Assembly: GCF_001457595.1 (NCBI RefSeq)
Contig: NZ_LN831039.1
Location: forward strand, 2,340,001-2,372,000
Origin: Mycolicibacterium smegmatis
GTDB lineage: Bacteria; Actinomycetota; Actinomycetes; Mycobacteriales; Mycobacteriaceae
Direction: 5' to 3'
DNA length: 32,000 bases
The position numbers and the translations under genes were made by a program. The notes beneath the pieces were generated by a model. It did not search any database. It was given only the letters and a program-made list of their open reading frames with translations, and was not told the DNA's origin. Below, one piece after another: positions 22,753-31,809 of the stretch (position 1 is the stretch's first letter; each line of letters begins with the position of its first letter).

Positions 22753-23946
22753 ATGACCAAACTGGCCCAGACACTGGGGCTCACCGAATTCCAGACCGAG
22801 ATCATCTCGACGGTGCGGCAGCTCGTCGACAAGGAGATCATCCCGGCCGCACAGGAACTCGAACATTCCGACACCTACCCGCAGGCCATCGTCGACCAGA
22901 TGAAACAGATGGGCCTGTTCGGGTTGATGATCCCCGAGGAGTACGGCGGCCTCGGCGAATCGCTGCTCACCTACGCGCTGTGCGTGGAGGAACTCGCACG
23001 CGGCTGGATGAGCGTGTCGGGCGTGATCAACACGCACTTCATCGTCGCGTACATGATCCGCCAGCACGGCACCGACGAACAGAAGCGGAAGTTCCTGCCG
23101 CGCATGGCCACCGGCGAGACGCGCGGCGCGTTCTCGATGTCGGAGCCCGAACTGGGTTCGGATGTCGCGGCGATCCGCACCCGCGCCCGCAACAACGACG
23201 ACGGCACGTACACCATCGACGGCCAGAAGATGTGGCTGACCAACGGCGGCAGTTCCACCCTGGTGGCCGCCCTGGTGCGCACCGACGAGGGTGCCGACAA
23301 ACCACACCGCAACCTCACGGCGTTCCTCATAGAGAAGCCCGAGGGCTTCGGCGAAGTGCTGCCGGGCCTGACCATCCCGGGCAAGCTCGACAAGCTCGGC
23401 TACAAGGGCATCGACACCACCGAGCTCATCTTCGACGGCTACCGCGCTGATGCCGCCGACATTCTCGGCGGCACGCCCGGGCAGGGCTTCTTCCAGATGA
23501 TGGACGGCGTCGAGGTGGGCCGGGTCAACGTCTCGGCGCGCGCGTGCGGTGTCGGGCTGCGGGCGTTCGAACTCGCGGTGCGCTACGCGCAGCAGCGCGA
23601 GACCTTCGGCAAGCCGATCGCCGAGCACCAGGCCGTGGCGTTCCAACTGGCCGAGATGGCCACCAAGGTGGAGGCCGCCCATCTGATGATGGTCAACGCC
23701 GCACGGCTCAAGGACTCGGGTGAGCGCAACGACGTCGCGGCCGGCATGGCGAAATACCTTGCCAGCGAGTTCTGTTCGGAGGTCACGCAGCAGGCCTTCC
23801 GGATCCACGGCGGTTACGGCTACTCCAAGGAGTACGAGATCGAACGGTTGATGCGGGATGCGCCGTTCCTGCTCATCGGCGAGGGGACCAGTGAGATCCA
23901 GAAGAACATCATCAGCAAGCGGCTGCTCGCGGACTACAAGGTCTGA
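22753..23946 (+). CDS. Acyl-CoA dehydrogenase (canonical), 397 aa
   Basis: MTKLAQTLGLTEFQ..., FSMSEPELGSDVAAI, YTIDGQKMWLTNG, QRETFGKPIAEHQAVAFQLAEM, IGEGTSEIQKNII. ORF 22570 is trimmed to ATG 22753, 7 nt after the thiolase stop. Confidence 0.9.
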   Translation: MTKLAQTLGLTEFQTEIISTVRQLVDKEIIPAAQELEHSDTYPQAIVDQMKQMGLFGLMIPEEYGGLGESLLTYALCVEELARGWMSVSGVINTHFIVAYMIRQHGTDEQKRKFLPRMATGETRGAFSMSEPELGSDVAAIRTRARNNDDGTYTIDGQKMWLTNGGSSTLVAALVRTDEGADKPHRNLTAFLIEKPEGFGEVLPGLTIPGKLDKLGYKGIDTTELIFDGYRADAADILGGTPGQGFFQMMDGVEVGRVNVSARACGVGLRAFELAVRYAQQRETFGKPIAEHQAVAFQLAEMATKVEAAHLMMVNAARLKDSGERNDVAAGMAKYLASEFCSEVTQQAFRIHGGYGYSKEYEIERLMRDAPFLLIGEGTSEIQKNIISKRLLADYKV

Positions 23947-23949
23947 GCC

Positions 23950-24618
23950 GTGACCGTCCCGGATTTCGCCGCGCGCCCGCAACTCGCCGAGGACGTGGCG
24001 CGACTCATCCGCCGGCGGATCTTCGACGGCACGTACCCGGCGGGCAAGTACATTCGGCTCGACCAGCTCGCGGCCGAACTGGGCATCAGCGTCACGCCGG
24101 TGCGCGAGGCGCTGTTCGGGCTGCGCACCGAGGGACTGCTGGCACAGCAGCCCCGGCGCGGCTTCATCGTGTTGCCGGTGACGCGACGCGACATCGACGA
24201 CGTGGCCGGGGTGCAGGCGCACATCGGCGGACAGTTGGCCGCACGCGCGGCCGGGCAGATCACCGATGCCCAGCTCGAGGAGCTCGGCCGGATCCAGGAC
24301 GAGCTGGAGCAGGCCTACGCGCGCGACGACCACGAGGCGGCGGTGCGTCTCAACCACGCGTTCCACCGCGGGGTCAACCGCGCTGCCGAGTCACCCAAGC
24401 TCGCGCAGCTGATGTCCCAGATCACCCGCTACGCACTGGAATCGGTGTATCCGACGGTGGAGGGCTGGCCCGAACAGTCCACGCACGACCACCGCCGGAT
24501 CCTCGATGCGCTCGGCAGACACGACGGTGAACTCGCGCGCGCCGCCATGGCCGATCACCTGTGTGCGGCCTCCAAACCCCTGATCGACCATCTAGCCCGG
24601 CTCGGTGTCCTGGAGTAA
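23950..24618 (+). CDS. GntR-family regulator, FadR/FCD subfamily (222 aa)
   Basis: Winged HTH: IRLDQLAAELGISVTPVREALFGLRTEGLLAQQPRRGFIV. All-helical C-terminal FCD-like domain: FHRGVNRAA...HRRILDAL..HD...A...M..HL. GTG start lies 3 nt after the ACAD stop, so it is embedded in the catabolic operon. Confidence 0.85.
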   Translation: MTVPDFAARPQLAEDVARLIRRRIFDGTYPAGKYIRLDQLAAELGISVTPVREALFGLRTEGLLAQQPRRGFIVLPVTRRDIDDVAGVQAHIGGQLAARAAGQITDAQLEELGRIQDELEQAYARDDHEAAVRLNHAFHRGVNRAAESPKLAQLMSQITRYALESVYPTVEGWPEQSTHDHRRILDALGRHDGELARAAMADHLCAASKPLIDHLARLGVLE

Positions 24619-24662
24619 GGGCCCGCGGGTGTGACACTTCCTCGCCAGAGAAAAGGTGAACC

Positions 24663-25850
24663 ATGCCAGGTGTTCTCGACGGAATACGGGTACTGGACTA
24701 CGGCCGGTTCATCGCGGCGCCATGGTGCAGCGCGATCCTGGCCGACATGGGCGCCGACGTGCTGCGCGTGGAGAAGCGCGAAGGCGGCGAGGACCGGTGG
24801 GTCCAGGGCGTCACCGAAGGCGGTGAAGGCGGCACGTTCCTGCAGTGCAACCGCAACAAGCGTTCCCTGACACTGGATTCGACCACCGAGGCGGGCGCGG
24901 AGATCACGCGGCGTCTGGTCGAGCGCGCCGACGTCGTCATCGTCAACATGCCTGCCGCGGGCATGCGCGCCAGTGGCCTGGACTACCACACGCTCAAGGC
25001 CGTCAAGCCCGATATCATCCTCGCCAGCGCGACGGCCTACGGCGAGGGTGGGCCCTACAGCGACCGCATCGGTTTCGACGGTGCCGGACAGATGATGTCG
25101 GGTGCGGTGTACCGCCAGGGCCTGCCCGATCAGCCGATCCGAACCGTGGTGCCCTACGCCGACTTCGGCACCGCGCTGACGCTGACGATCGGTGTCATGA
25201 TGGCGCTCTACCACCGTGACCGTACCGGCGAAGGGCAGCATGTGGAGGGCGCACTGCTGCCGACGGCGCTGATGCTGTCGAATGCGTTCCTGATCGAGCG
25301 GGAACTGCTGCGGATCGACAAACCCCGCATGGGCAACAAGGGTGCCTCGGTCGCACCGTGCGACCTGTACCGCACGGCCAACGGCGAGTGGGTGCTGCTG
25401 CAGGTCGCCGGCCAACCCATGTTCAAGCGCTGGTGCCGCCTGGTGGGCCGCGAGGAACTCTTCGACGATCCGCGCTTCGCCGACGACGATCTGCGGTGGC
25501 AGAACGGTGACGTGCTCAACGACATCATGGCGAGGTGGTGCGCCGACAAGACCAAGGCGCAGGTGCTGGAGCTGCTGGAGAAGGCGAAAATGCCCTCCGC
25601 GCCGCTGTATTCGACGCAGGATGTGCTCGACGATCCGCATATCGCGGCCATGGGGTATCTGCAGCGCGTGCCGTTCCCCGGTGCGCCGCGGGATGTGCCG
25701 ATCGTCGACACCCCGTTCCGCATGTCGGCGACACCCGGCAGCATCCGCCGCCGCGCACCGCTGCTCGGCGAGCACACCGACGAGGTGCTCGCCGAGATCG
25801 GCTACAGCGCAGCCGAGATCGAGCGGCTGCGTGCCGACGCCATCATCTGA
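24663..25850 (+). CDS. Family III CoA-transferase (CaiB/BaiF/Frc-like), 395 aa
   Basis: LDGIRVLDYGRFIAAPWCSAILADMGADVLRVEKREGGEDR...NRNKRSLTLD... is the classic N-terminus of the family. Length is also typical. Confidence 0.9.
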   Translation: MPGVLDGIRVLDYGRFIAAPWCSAILADMGADVLRVEKREGGEDRWVQGVTEGGEGGTFLQCNRNKRSLTLDSTTEAGAEITRRLVERADVVIVNMPAAGMRASGLDYHTLKAVKPDIILASATAYGEGGPYSDRIGFDGAGQMMSGAVYRQGLPDQPIRTVVPYADFGTALTLTIGVMMALYHRDRTGEGQHVEGALLPTALMLSNAFLIERELLRIDKPRMGNKGASVAPCDLYRTANGEWVLLQVAGQPMFKRWCRLVGREELFDDPRFADDDLRWQNGDVLNDIMARWCADKTKAQVLELLEKAKMPSAPLYSTQDVLDDPHIAAMGYLQRVPFPGAPRDVPIVDTPFRMSATPGSIRRRAPLLGEHTDEVLAEIGYSAAEIERLRADAII

Positions 25851-25865
25851 TCAGGCGCGTGTGGA

Positions 25866-26705
25866 TCAGCGCAGGGCCTGTGCGCCGATGACGGACAGCA
25901 ACTGCAGTTTCTCGCGGCTCTCGCTACCCGGGACGGCGGTGTACACGAGCAGGAGGTGGGACTGCTCGGGATCGAGCAGGGTCTGGCAGTGCAATTCCAG
26001 CGTGCCCAGCTCGGGATGGACGAAATGCTTCACCTCGCGGGGACGCAGGCCGATCTCGTGGTCGTCCCAGACCCGCCGGAATTCGTCGCTCTCGGACAGC
26101 AGCAGATCTGCGTAGTGCGCGGCGCGGGACCCGGCACCACGCAACGCCACCAGGGCACGCAGGTTCGACACGAACATCCGTGTCAGGAAGTCGTGCTCTT
26201 CGGGGGCATAGAGACGGCGCGTGGCCTCGTCGGTGAACCACCGGTAGCCGATGCTGCGAGCCGGACCCGTGTGAACGGTCAGGTCACCGGTCAGTGCCAC
26301 CGACAGGGGCGTCTGCCGCAGAGTCTCGCCGAGTTCGGTGACGATCTCCGCGGGCGTGTCGTCGAGACGGTCGAAGATCCGTAACATCCCGGGGCTGATG
26401 TGTTCGCTGTCGGTGCCACGGGCGGGTGGTGAGCATCCGGCCAGCCGGAACAGATGATCGCGCTCGTCGAGGGAAAGATGCAGTCCCTGCGCCATGGACG
26501 CGATCATCTGCTCCGACGGCTTGGGGCCGTGCCCGCGCTCCAGGCGTGAGTAGTAGTCGGTCGACATGTGGCACAGGGCGGCAACTTCTTCGCGACGTAG
26601 GCCGTTGGTCCTGCGACGTCGACCGCGTGGCAGACCGACGTCCTCGGGCTGCAACGACTCTCTGCGGTGCCGGAGGAATTCTGCGAGACCGGTCCGATCT
26701 ATCAC
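25866..26705 (-). CDS. XRE-family HTH regulator with an MmyB-like C-terminal ligand-binding domain (279 aa)
   Basis: LAEFLRHRRESLQPEDVGLP...RRRTNGLRREEVAALCHMSTDYYSRLERG....PSEQMIASMAQGLHLSLDERDHLFRLAG, followed by a PAS-like C-terminal domain. Strong AAGGAGG SD 8 nt before GTG 26705. Confidence 0.8.
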   Translation of the reverse strand: MIDRTGLAEFLRHRRESLQPEDVGLPRGRRRRTNGLRREEVAALCHMSTDYYSRLERGHGPKPSEQMIASMAQGLHLSLDERDHLFRLAGCSPPARGTDSEHISPGMLRIFDRLDDTPAEIVTELGETLRQTPLSVALTGDLTVHTGPARSIGYRWFTDEATRRLYAPEEHDFLTRMFVSNLRALVALRGAGSRAAHYADLLLSESDEFRRVWDDHEIGLRPREVKHFVHPELGTLELHCQTLLDPEQSHLLLVYTAVPGSESREKLQLLSVIGAQALR

Positions 26706-26761
26706 CGTGTGGACCTCCTTACGAGACCCTTTCTACCGCCCGGGCCCCCGCCTATCCACAG

Positions 26762-26812
26762 ACTGCCGATCCACCCTTCGCGAGTTTCCTGTGATCGGCA
26801 GTCAGTGGATCG
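26762..26812. promoter_or_regulatory. Inverted repeats in the MmyB-like/SDR divergent intergenic region (candidate operator or RNA switch)
   Basis: The perfect 10-bp arms ACTGCCGATC (26762-26771) and GATCGGCAGT (26793-26802) are separated by 21 nt. The first arm region CGATCCAC (26768-26775) is also complementary to GTGGATCG (26805-12), giving mutually exclusive pairings. I roughly estimate well below 0.05 chance occurrences in a 173-nt gap. Confidence 0.4.
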
Positions 26813-26878
26813 CCGGGCACTGAATCATTCGCCGGCCATGCACGAGGGTGGAGACAGTGAGACCACCGAGGAGCACAC

Positions 26879-27823
26879 ATGCCACGTAAACCCATCGACG
26901 TCACGCTTCCTGATCTGTCCGGCAGACGCGCCGTGGTCACCGGTGCCAGCGACGGCATCGGACTCGGGATCGCCGCGCGGCTCGCCGCGGCGGGCGCTGA
27001 CGTGATCCTGCCCGTACGCAACGAGACCAAGGGAAAGGCGGCCATCGCGGCTGTCCGTCAGACGAACGCCGCGGCGAAAGTGTCGCTGCGTGAGCTCGAC
27101 CTGTCGTCCCTGGCCTCCGTTGCGGCCCTCGGCAAGAGCCTTCTCGAGGAGGCACAGCCCATCCATCTGCTCATCAACAACGCCGGTGTCATGACGCCGC
27201 CCGAGCGGCGGACGACCACCGACGGGTTCGAGTCGCAGTTCGGCACCAACCACCTCGGCCACTTCGCCCTCGTGGCGCATCTGCTGCCCCTGCTGCGTGC
27301 CGGTGGAGCGCGGGTGACCTCACAGGTCAGCGTCGCGGCGAATCAGCACGCCATCAACTGGGACGATTTGAACTGGGAGCGTTCGTACGACGGCGCAAAG
27401 GCGTACAGCCAGTCGAAGATCGCGTTCGGGCTCTTCGGCCTGGAACTGGACCGGCGCAGTCACGCCCACGGGTGGGGCATCACGAGCAATCTGTCCCATC
27501 CGGGTCTGGCGCCGACCAACCTGCTTGCGGCCCGCCCGGACACCGGACGCGCACAGGACGACTGGAAACTGCGCCTGATCCGTACGCTGTCGTCGCGTGG
27601 CATCCTTTTCGGGACCGTGCACACCGCGCAGCTGCCTGCCCTCTACGCCGCGGCCTCGCCCCATGCGAAGCGCGGTGGGTTCTACGGGCCGCGTGGTCCC
27701 GGACATCTCGGTGGTCCGCCGGGAGAACAGAGGCTCTACTCGCGGCTCCGTAACAACGATGAGGCTCAACGTATCTGGGAGATCTCGGAGAAGTTGACGG
27801 ACATGTCGTTCCCCACGGCATGA
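26879..27823 (+). CDS. SDR-family oxidoreductase (retinol dehydrogenase / WW-domain oxidoreductase-like), 314 aa
   Basis: [33 protein letters not shown] (YxxxK), [19 protein letters not shown] 5 nt before ATG 26879. Confidence 0.88.
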   Translation: MPRKPIDVTLPDLSGRRAVVTGASDGIGLGIAARLAAAGADVILPVRNETKGKAAIAAVRQTNAAAKVSLRELDLSSLASVAALGKSLLEEAQPIHLLINNAGVMTPPERRTTTDGFESQFGTNHLGHFALVAHLLPLLRAGGARVTSQVSVAANQHAINWDDLNWERSYDGAKAYSQSKIAFGLFGLELDRRSHAHGWGITSNLSHPGLAPTNLLAARPDTGRAQDDWKLRLIRTLSSRGILFGTVHTAQLPALYAAASPHAKRGGFYGPRGPGHLGGPPGEQRLYSRLRNNDEAQRIWEISEKLTDMSFPTA

Positions 27824-27826
27824 ATT

Positions 27827-29329
27827 TCATCGTTCGCCCCTCTCCGCCAGCATGGCGCGAAGACCGTTGTTGTCGACCTTCCCGGTGGCCCCGATCGGCA
27901 CGGCGGCCTCGTCGTCGAGCAGCGCCCACACCGACGGCAACTTGAAGGAGCTCAGGACCTCACGGGCCGCGGCGCACAGGTCCCGCGCCGACATGCCGTC
28001 GGTGACCACGACCGCGCCGACGCGGTTGCGCTGATGGTCCGGCACGTTGACGACGTATGCGGCGCGCACTCCGGCGATACCGCGCAGTGCGCGTTGCACC
28101 TCGCCGGGATAGACGGTCGCGCCGCTGACCTTGAACATGTCGTCGGATCTGCCGTGGTAGAAGAGGAACCCGTCGCTGTCCAAGCGCCCGAGATCGCCGG
28201 TGGGGTAGTACCCGTCACGCGTGAACACCTCTTCGCGACCGCGTCGGCAGATACCGCGCAGGATGTGCGGACCGCGGATCTGGATCTCACCGACCTCGTC
28301 GACCCGAAGCGGTGTCCCGGTGGTGGTGTCGACGATGCGGACGTCCATACCGTCGAACGGCCGGCCGCAACTGCCCCACGCCGAACGCGGCATATCGGCG
28401 TCGGCGGGGTATCCGCAATAAGGCCCGAACGATTCGGTCATCCCGAACAGCGACGCCCGCGCGCCGGGTTGTGCGCGCAACTCGTGTGGCAGCAGCGCCT
28501 CCAGGCTGCCCGGCCGCAGCGCCGACAAATCGGTGCTGCTCGCGTGGCGGGCGAGCGCCTCGGCCTGATCCGGCCAGCCGCGGAACAACGTGACCCGTTC
28601 ACGGTGCAGCAGGTCCAAGGTGGACTGCGGTGACGGTATCGGTTCGGTCACCAATGTCGCGCCCGCCACCAGCGCCGTCACGATACCGGCGCCGAAACCG
28701 CCCACCCAGAAGAACGGCATCGGCAGATAGAGGCGGGTGTCGGCGGTGACACACCGCGCGGCCAGGCCGGAAGCCACGGCGCGCACGGCGTTTCCATGTG
28801 AATGGATAACGCCTTTCGGTGGTCCGCTGCTGCCGGAGGTGAACAGGATGACCATCGGATCACTCGGCCGCACCCTGGCGGCGAGGGCATCGGCCCATGC
28901 GGGCTCACCGGTCATTGTCAACGCCTGCTCTGCGGTCCACACCCGTCTCAGCGCGGGCAGCCGTTCAGGCACCACGGGGTAGCCGCGCCCGCGGAACTCG
29001 TCGACCGTGATCAGGAATTGCACCGAGGCTGTGCGCAGTTGGGCCTCGAGTTCGGTGGGTGTCAGCATGGTGCTCAACGGCACCAGGATGGCGCCGATGC
29101 GTGTCACTGCGAGCGCCGTGAGCACCCAGTCGGTGCCGTTCGGCATGAGCAGTCCCACCCGGGAGCCTTTGCCGACACCCGCGGCGACCAACCCGGACGC
29201 CATCGCACGGGTCTTCTCGTCCAGGTCGCGATAGGCGATCCGTTCCTTCGGATCGACCACCATCGGCTTGTCCGGTGCGTGTGCGGCGTGGTGACGGATG
29301 AGCGCGCCGACCGTGAGATGTTCAGTCAT
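27827..29329 (-). CDS. AMP-dependent synthetase/ligase (FadD-like acyl-CoA synthetase), 500 aa
   Basis: P-loop ILFTSGSSGPPKGVIHSH, FGMTESFGP, YYPTGDLGRLDSDGFLFYHGRSDDMFKVSGATVYPGEV, terminal GKVD Lys motif. ATG 29329 lies inside the end of the upstream gene (8-nt overlap ATGACTGA). GTG 29341 is an alternative. Confidence 0.88.
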   Translation of the reverse strand: MTEHLTVGALIRHHAAHAPDKPMVVDPKERIAYRDLDEKTRAMASGLVAAGVGKGSRVGLLMPNGTDWVLTALAVTRIGAILVPLSTMLTPTELEAQLRTASVQFLITVDEFRGRGYPVVPERLPALRRVWTAEQALTMTGEPAWADALAARVRPSDPMVILFTSGSSGPPKGVIHSHGNAVRAVASGLAARCVTADTRLYLPMPFFWVGGFGAGIVTALVAGATLVTEPIPSPQSTLDLLHRERVTLFRGWPDQAEALARHASSTDLSALRPGSLEALLPHELRAQPGARASLFGMTESFGPYCGYPADADMPRSAWGSCGRPFDGMDVRIVDTTTGTPLRVDEVGEIQIRGPHILRGICRRGREEVFTRDGYYPTGDLGRLDSDGFLFYHGRSDDMFKVSGATVYPGEVQRALRGIAGVRAAYVVNVPDHQRNRVGAVVVTDGMSARDLCAAAREVLSSFKLPSVWALLDDEAAVPIGATGKVDNNGLRAMLAERGER

Positions 29330-30362
29330 CGAACAACTCACGCAGGGCGGCGACGTCGATCTTGCCGCTGGATTTCACCGGCAGTTCGTCGGAGTGGATC
29401 ACCGCGAAGCGGCGCGGCACCTTGTACGACGACAGTTGGGCGCGCAACGCAGCGCACACGGCGGCTTCGTCGAACGCCGCGGGATCCGCTGTCGCGACCA
29501 CCGCGGCCACCACCTGTCCGCGCTCTTGATCGGGTAGGCCGACAACCTGAACCGTGACGTCACGCATGTCACGGCCCTCGAGCACATGCTGCAGCGCCTT
29601 CTGCACCTCATCAGGTGTGACGTTGGCGCCCGCGGTCTTGATCATGGCGCCGGCCCGGCCGAGGAAGTAGAAGTATCCGTCGTCGTCGACACGCACCAGA
29701 TCCCCGGTGTGAAACCAGCCGTCGGTGTCGAAGCACTCCTCACGACTGCGCCCGTAGTACCCCTGCATGAGATACGGTCCGCGGATACACAATTCACCGG
29801 AATCCAGGACCTTCGTCTCGAATCCGGGTGCGGGGCGGCCGAATGATCCGCGGCGGTGTTCGGGTTGGTCGGTGTCGTCGGGGTCCAGCAGTACGACGCT
29901 GCCGGACTCGGTCGAACCGAGCATGTTGTGACGCAGATCCGGATCGCCGGCCGCCGGAATCTCGAATACGACGTGCCGCAGACACGGCGCGTCCGCGCGG
30001 ACCCGCGAGATCTGCCCCACGTAGTCGTGACTGCGGAACGACCTCGCCGACAACATGATCGAGACGTCGCTGTCGAGTAACTGGACCCGCAACTCCGCTT
30101 CGGTGAGGAACGTCGAGAACGGCACCACCACTGCGCCGACGCGGGCCACGGCCAACATGGCGACGACGAAATCAGCGCCGTTGGGGTACAGGACCCCGAC
30201 GTGGGTGCCTTTGCCCGCGCCCAGCGCGATCAACGCGTCGGCGAGCCGCGCGGACCGATGTTCGGCGTCTGCGTAGGTGAGTCGCTCGTCGTCGCACACC
30301 AGCAGTGTGTGGTCTCCGCGGTCGCGAAGACCCTCGAGGAGTTCGACCAGGGTCTCAGCCAC
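29322..30362 (-). CDS. Truncated adenylate-forming-enzyme paralogue lacking the P-loop (A3) to A4 region, about 346 aa; possibly a pseudoenzyme or an in-frame deletion remnant
   Basis: It has the N-terminal subdomain start (LTYADAEHRSARLADALIALGAGKGTHVGVLYPNGADFVVAMLAVARVGAVVVPFSTF). It then jumps directly to the A5-like MLGSTESG, followed by WFHTGDLVRVDDDGYFYFLGRAGAMIKTAGANVTPDEV and SGKID. No (T/S)SG(T/S)xGxPKG motif occurs anywhere. It is about 150 aa shorter than both neighbours. GTG 30362 overlaps the upstream stop (GTGGCTGA); GTG 30380 is an alternative. Confidence 0.7.
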   Translation of the reverse strand: MAETLVELLEGLRDRGDHTLLVCDDERLTYADAEHRSARLADALIALGAGKGTHVGVLYPNGADFVVAMLAVARVGAVVVPFSTFLTEAELRVQLLDSDVSIMLSARSFRSHDYVGQISRVRADAPCLRHVVFEIPAAGDPDLRHNMLGSTESGSVVLLDPDDTDQPEHRRGSFGRPAPGFETKVLDSGELCIRGPYLMQGYYGRSREECFDTDGWFHTGDLVRVDDDGYFYFLGRAGAMIKTAGANVTPDEVQKALQHVLEGRDMRDVTVQVVGLPDQERGQVVAAVVATADPAAFDEAAVCAALRAQLSSYKVPRRFAVIHSDELPVKSSGKIDVAALRELFDD

Positions 30363-31809
30363 CGGATTCGAGATGGTCACGGACCGCGCGCAGGTCGGCC
30401 TTGCCGGAGGGGGTGCGGGGGATCGCGTCGACGATCGTGATCCGGGTGGGGATCTCGTAGCGCGCCAGCCGGCCCTGCAGATACCCGGCAAGTTCGTCCG
30501 GGGTGGCCGGTCCGCGCAATTCCACCATGGCCACCGGTGTTTCGCCCAGACGCTCGTCGGCCACGCCGATCACCGACGCGCCGAGGACGGCCGGATGACT
30601 CTCCAGCGCCGCGCGGACGTCGTCCGGCATGACCTTGAACCCGCCACGGATGATCGCCTGATCGGCGCGCCCCAGGACCCAGAGGAACCCGTCGGCATCG
30701 ATCCGCGCGAGGTCGGTGGTGCGCATCCATGGTGATCCCGGACCCATCTGCGCGGGAATCACCTCCAGCAGGCCCGGTTCGTCCGGACCGAGTGGTGCGC
30801 CGTTCTCGTCGACCACCCGCAGTTGCGCACCGGGGTTGGCCCGTCCGACACTGCCGCGCTTGTCCTTCCAGTACTTCCCGTGGTCGGGCAGGGTCCAGCC
30901 GGCGACACCGCCGCCGAATTCGGTGGCCGCATACGACGTCAGCACCGGGATGCCGAACTTCTCGGTGAACGCGTCGGCGTCGTCGGCCGACAACGGCGCG
31001 GTTCCCGAGGTCACGACCCGCACACCGGCGAGATCCTCACGGGTGAGGTCGGAATGCAGCACCGTGCGCAGGGCCGCGGGCACCAGGGACACCGCGCGCG
31101 GTCGGTGCTCGCGCACGGCTGCCGCCCACCGCTGCAGCTCGAACTTGGGCAGCAGGACGAAGGGTCTGGCCTCGGCGATGCACAGCAGCACCCGGAAGAC
31201 CCCGCCCACGTGCACCAGCGGTGAGTTCACGATCGCGACGCCGCGGCGCAACTCGGTTGGTGCGGGGCACTTCTCGGGCTCGCGGCCCATGACGCTGCGG
31301 GCCAGCATGTCGTAGGTGAGGTCGACCCGCTTGGGCGGGCCGGTGGTGCCGCTGGTGAGCATCCACACCGCCACCCCCGGCCCGCCCGCGTCCGTCGCTG
31401 GGGACTCGGCGGCCGTCACCACGGGTTCGGTGTCGAGACCGGCGATGGCGACCCGCGTGGTCCGGGGGCTGTGCGCAGGCATCAGATGGGCGAGGTCCTC
31501 GGCCAAGCCCACCACGACCGGCAACGCCAGCGCCTCGAGGTCGGCGCGGGTCCGGTCGTCCCCGCGTGCGGGGTTGATGACGACGACGGTGCCGCCCGCG
31601 GCCAGCACCCCCAGCAGCGCCGCGACGTGAACCGGGTGGTTGCGCAGCATGATGCCGACTCGCGCCGGTCCGGTGATCTTCTCGATGTGCCCGGCCAGTG
31701 CCGCGATCTGGCCCCAGCACGACCACTGGCCGTCGAACTGGATCGCGCCGGCGTCCGGATCGAGATCGAGCACATCGGCGATGCGCTGTGAAAGCGGGTG
31801 GGCCATCAC
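30355..31809 (-). CDS. AMP-dependent synthetase/ligase (FadD-like), 484 aa
   Basis: P-loop WMLTSGTTGPPKRV, SYAATEFGG, MRTTDLARIDADGFLWVLGRADQAIIRGGFKVMPDDV, SGKADLR. The start GTG 31809 or ATG 31806 overlaps the stop (TGA 31806-31808) of the upstream gene. Confidence 0.88.
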   Translation of the reverse strand: MMAHPLSQRIADVLDLDPDAGAIQFDGQWSCWGQIAALAGHIEKITGPARVGIMLRNHPVHVAALLGVLAAGGTVVVINPARGDDRTRADLEALALPVVVGLAEDLAHLMPAHSPRTTRVAIAGLDTEPVVTAAESPATDAGGPGVAVWMLTSGTTGPPKRVDLTYDMLARSVMGREPEKCPAPTELRRGVAIVNSPLVHVGGVFRVLLCIAEARPFVLLPKFELQRWAAAVREHRPRAVSLVPAALRTVLHSDLTREDLAGVRVVTSGTAPLSADDADAFTEKFGIPVLTSYAATEFGGGVAGWTLPDHGKYWKDKRGSVGRANPGAQLRVVDENGAPLGPDEPGLLEVIPAQMGPGSPWMRTTDLARIDADGFLWVLGRADQAIIRGGFKVMPDDVRAALESHPAVLGASVIGVADERLGETPVAMVELRGPATPDELAGYLQGRLARYEIPTRITIVDAIPRTPSGKADLRAVRDHLESGG

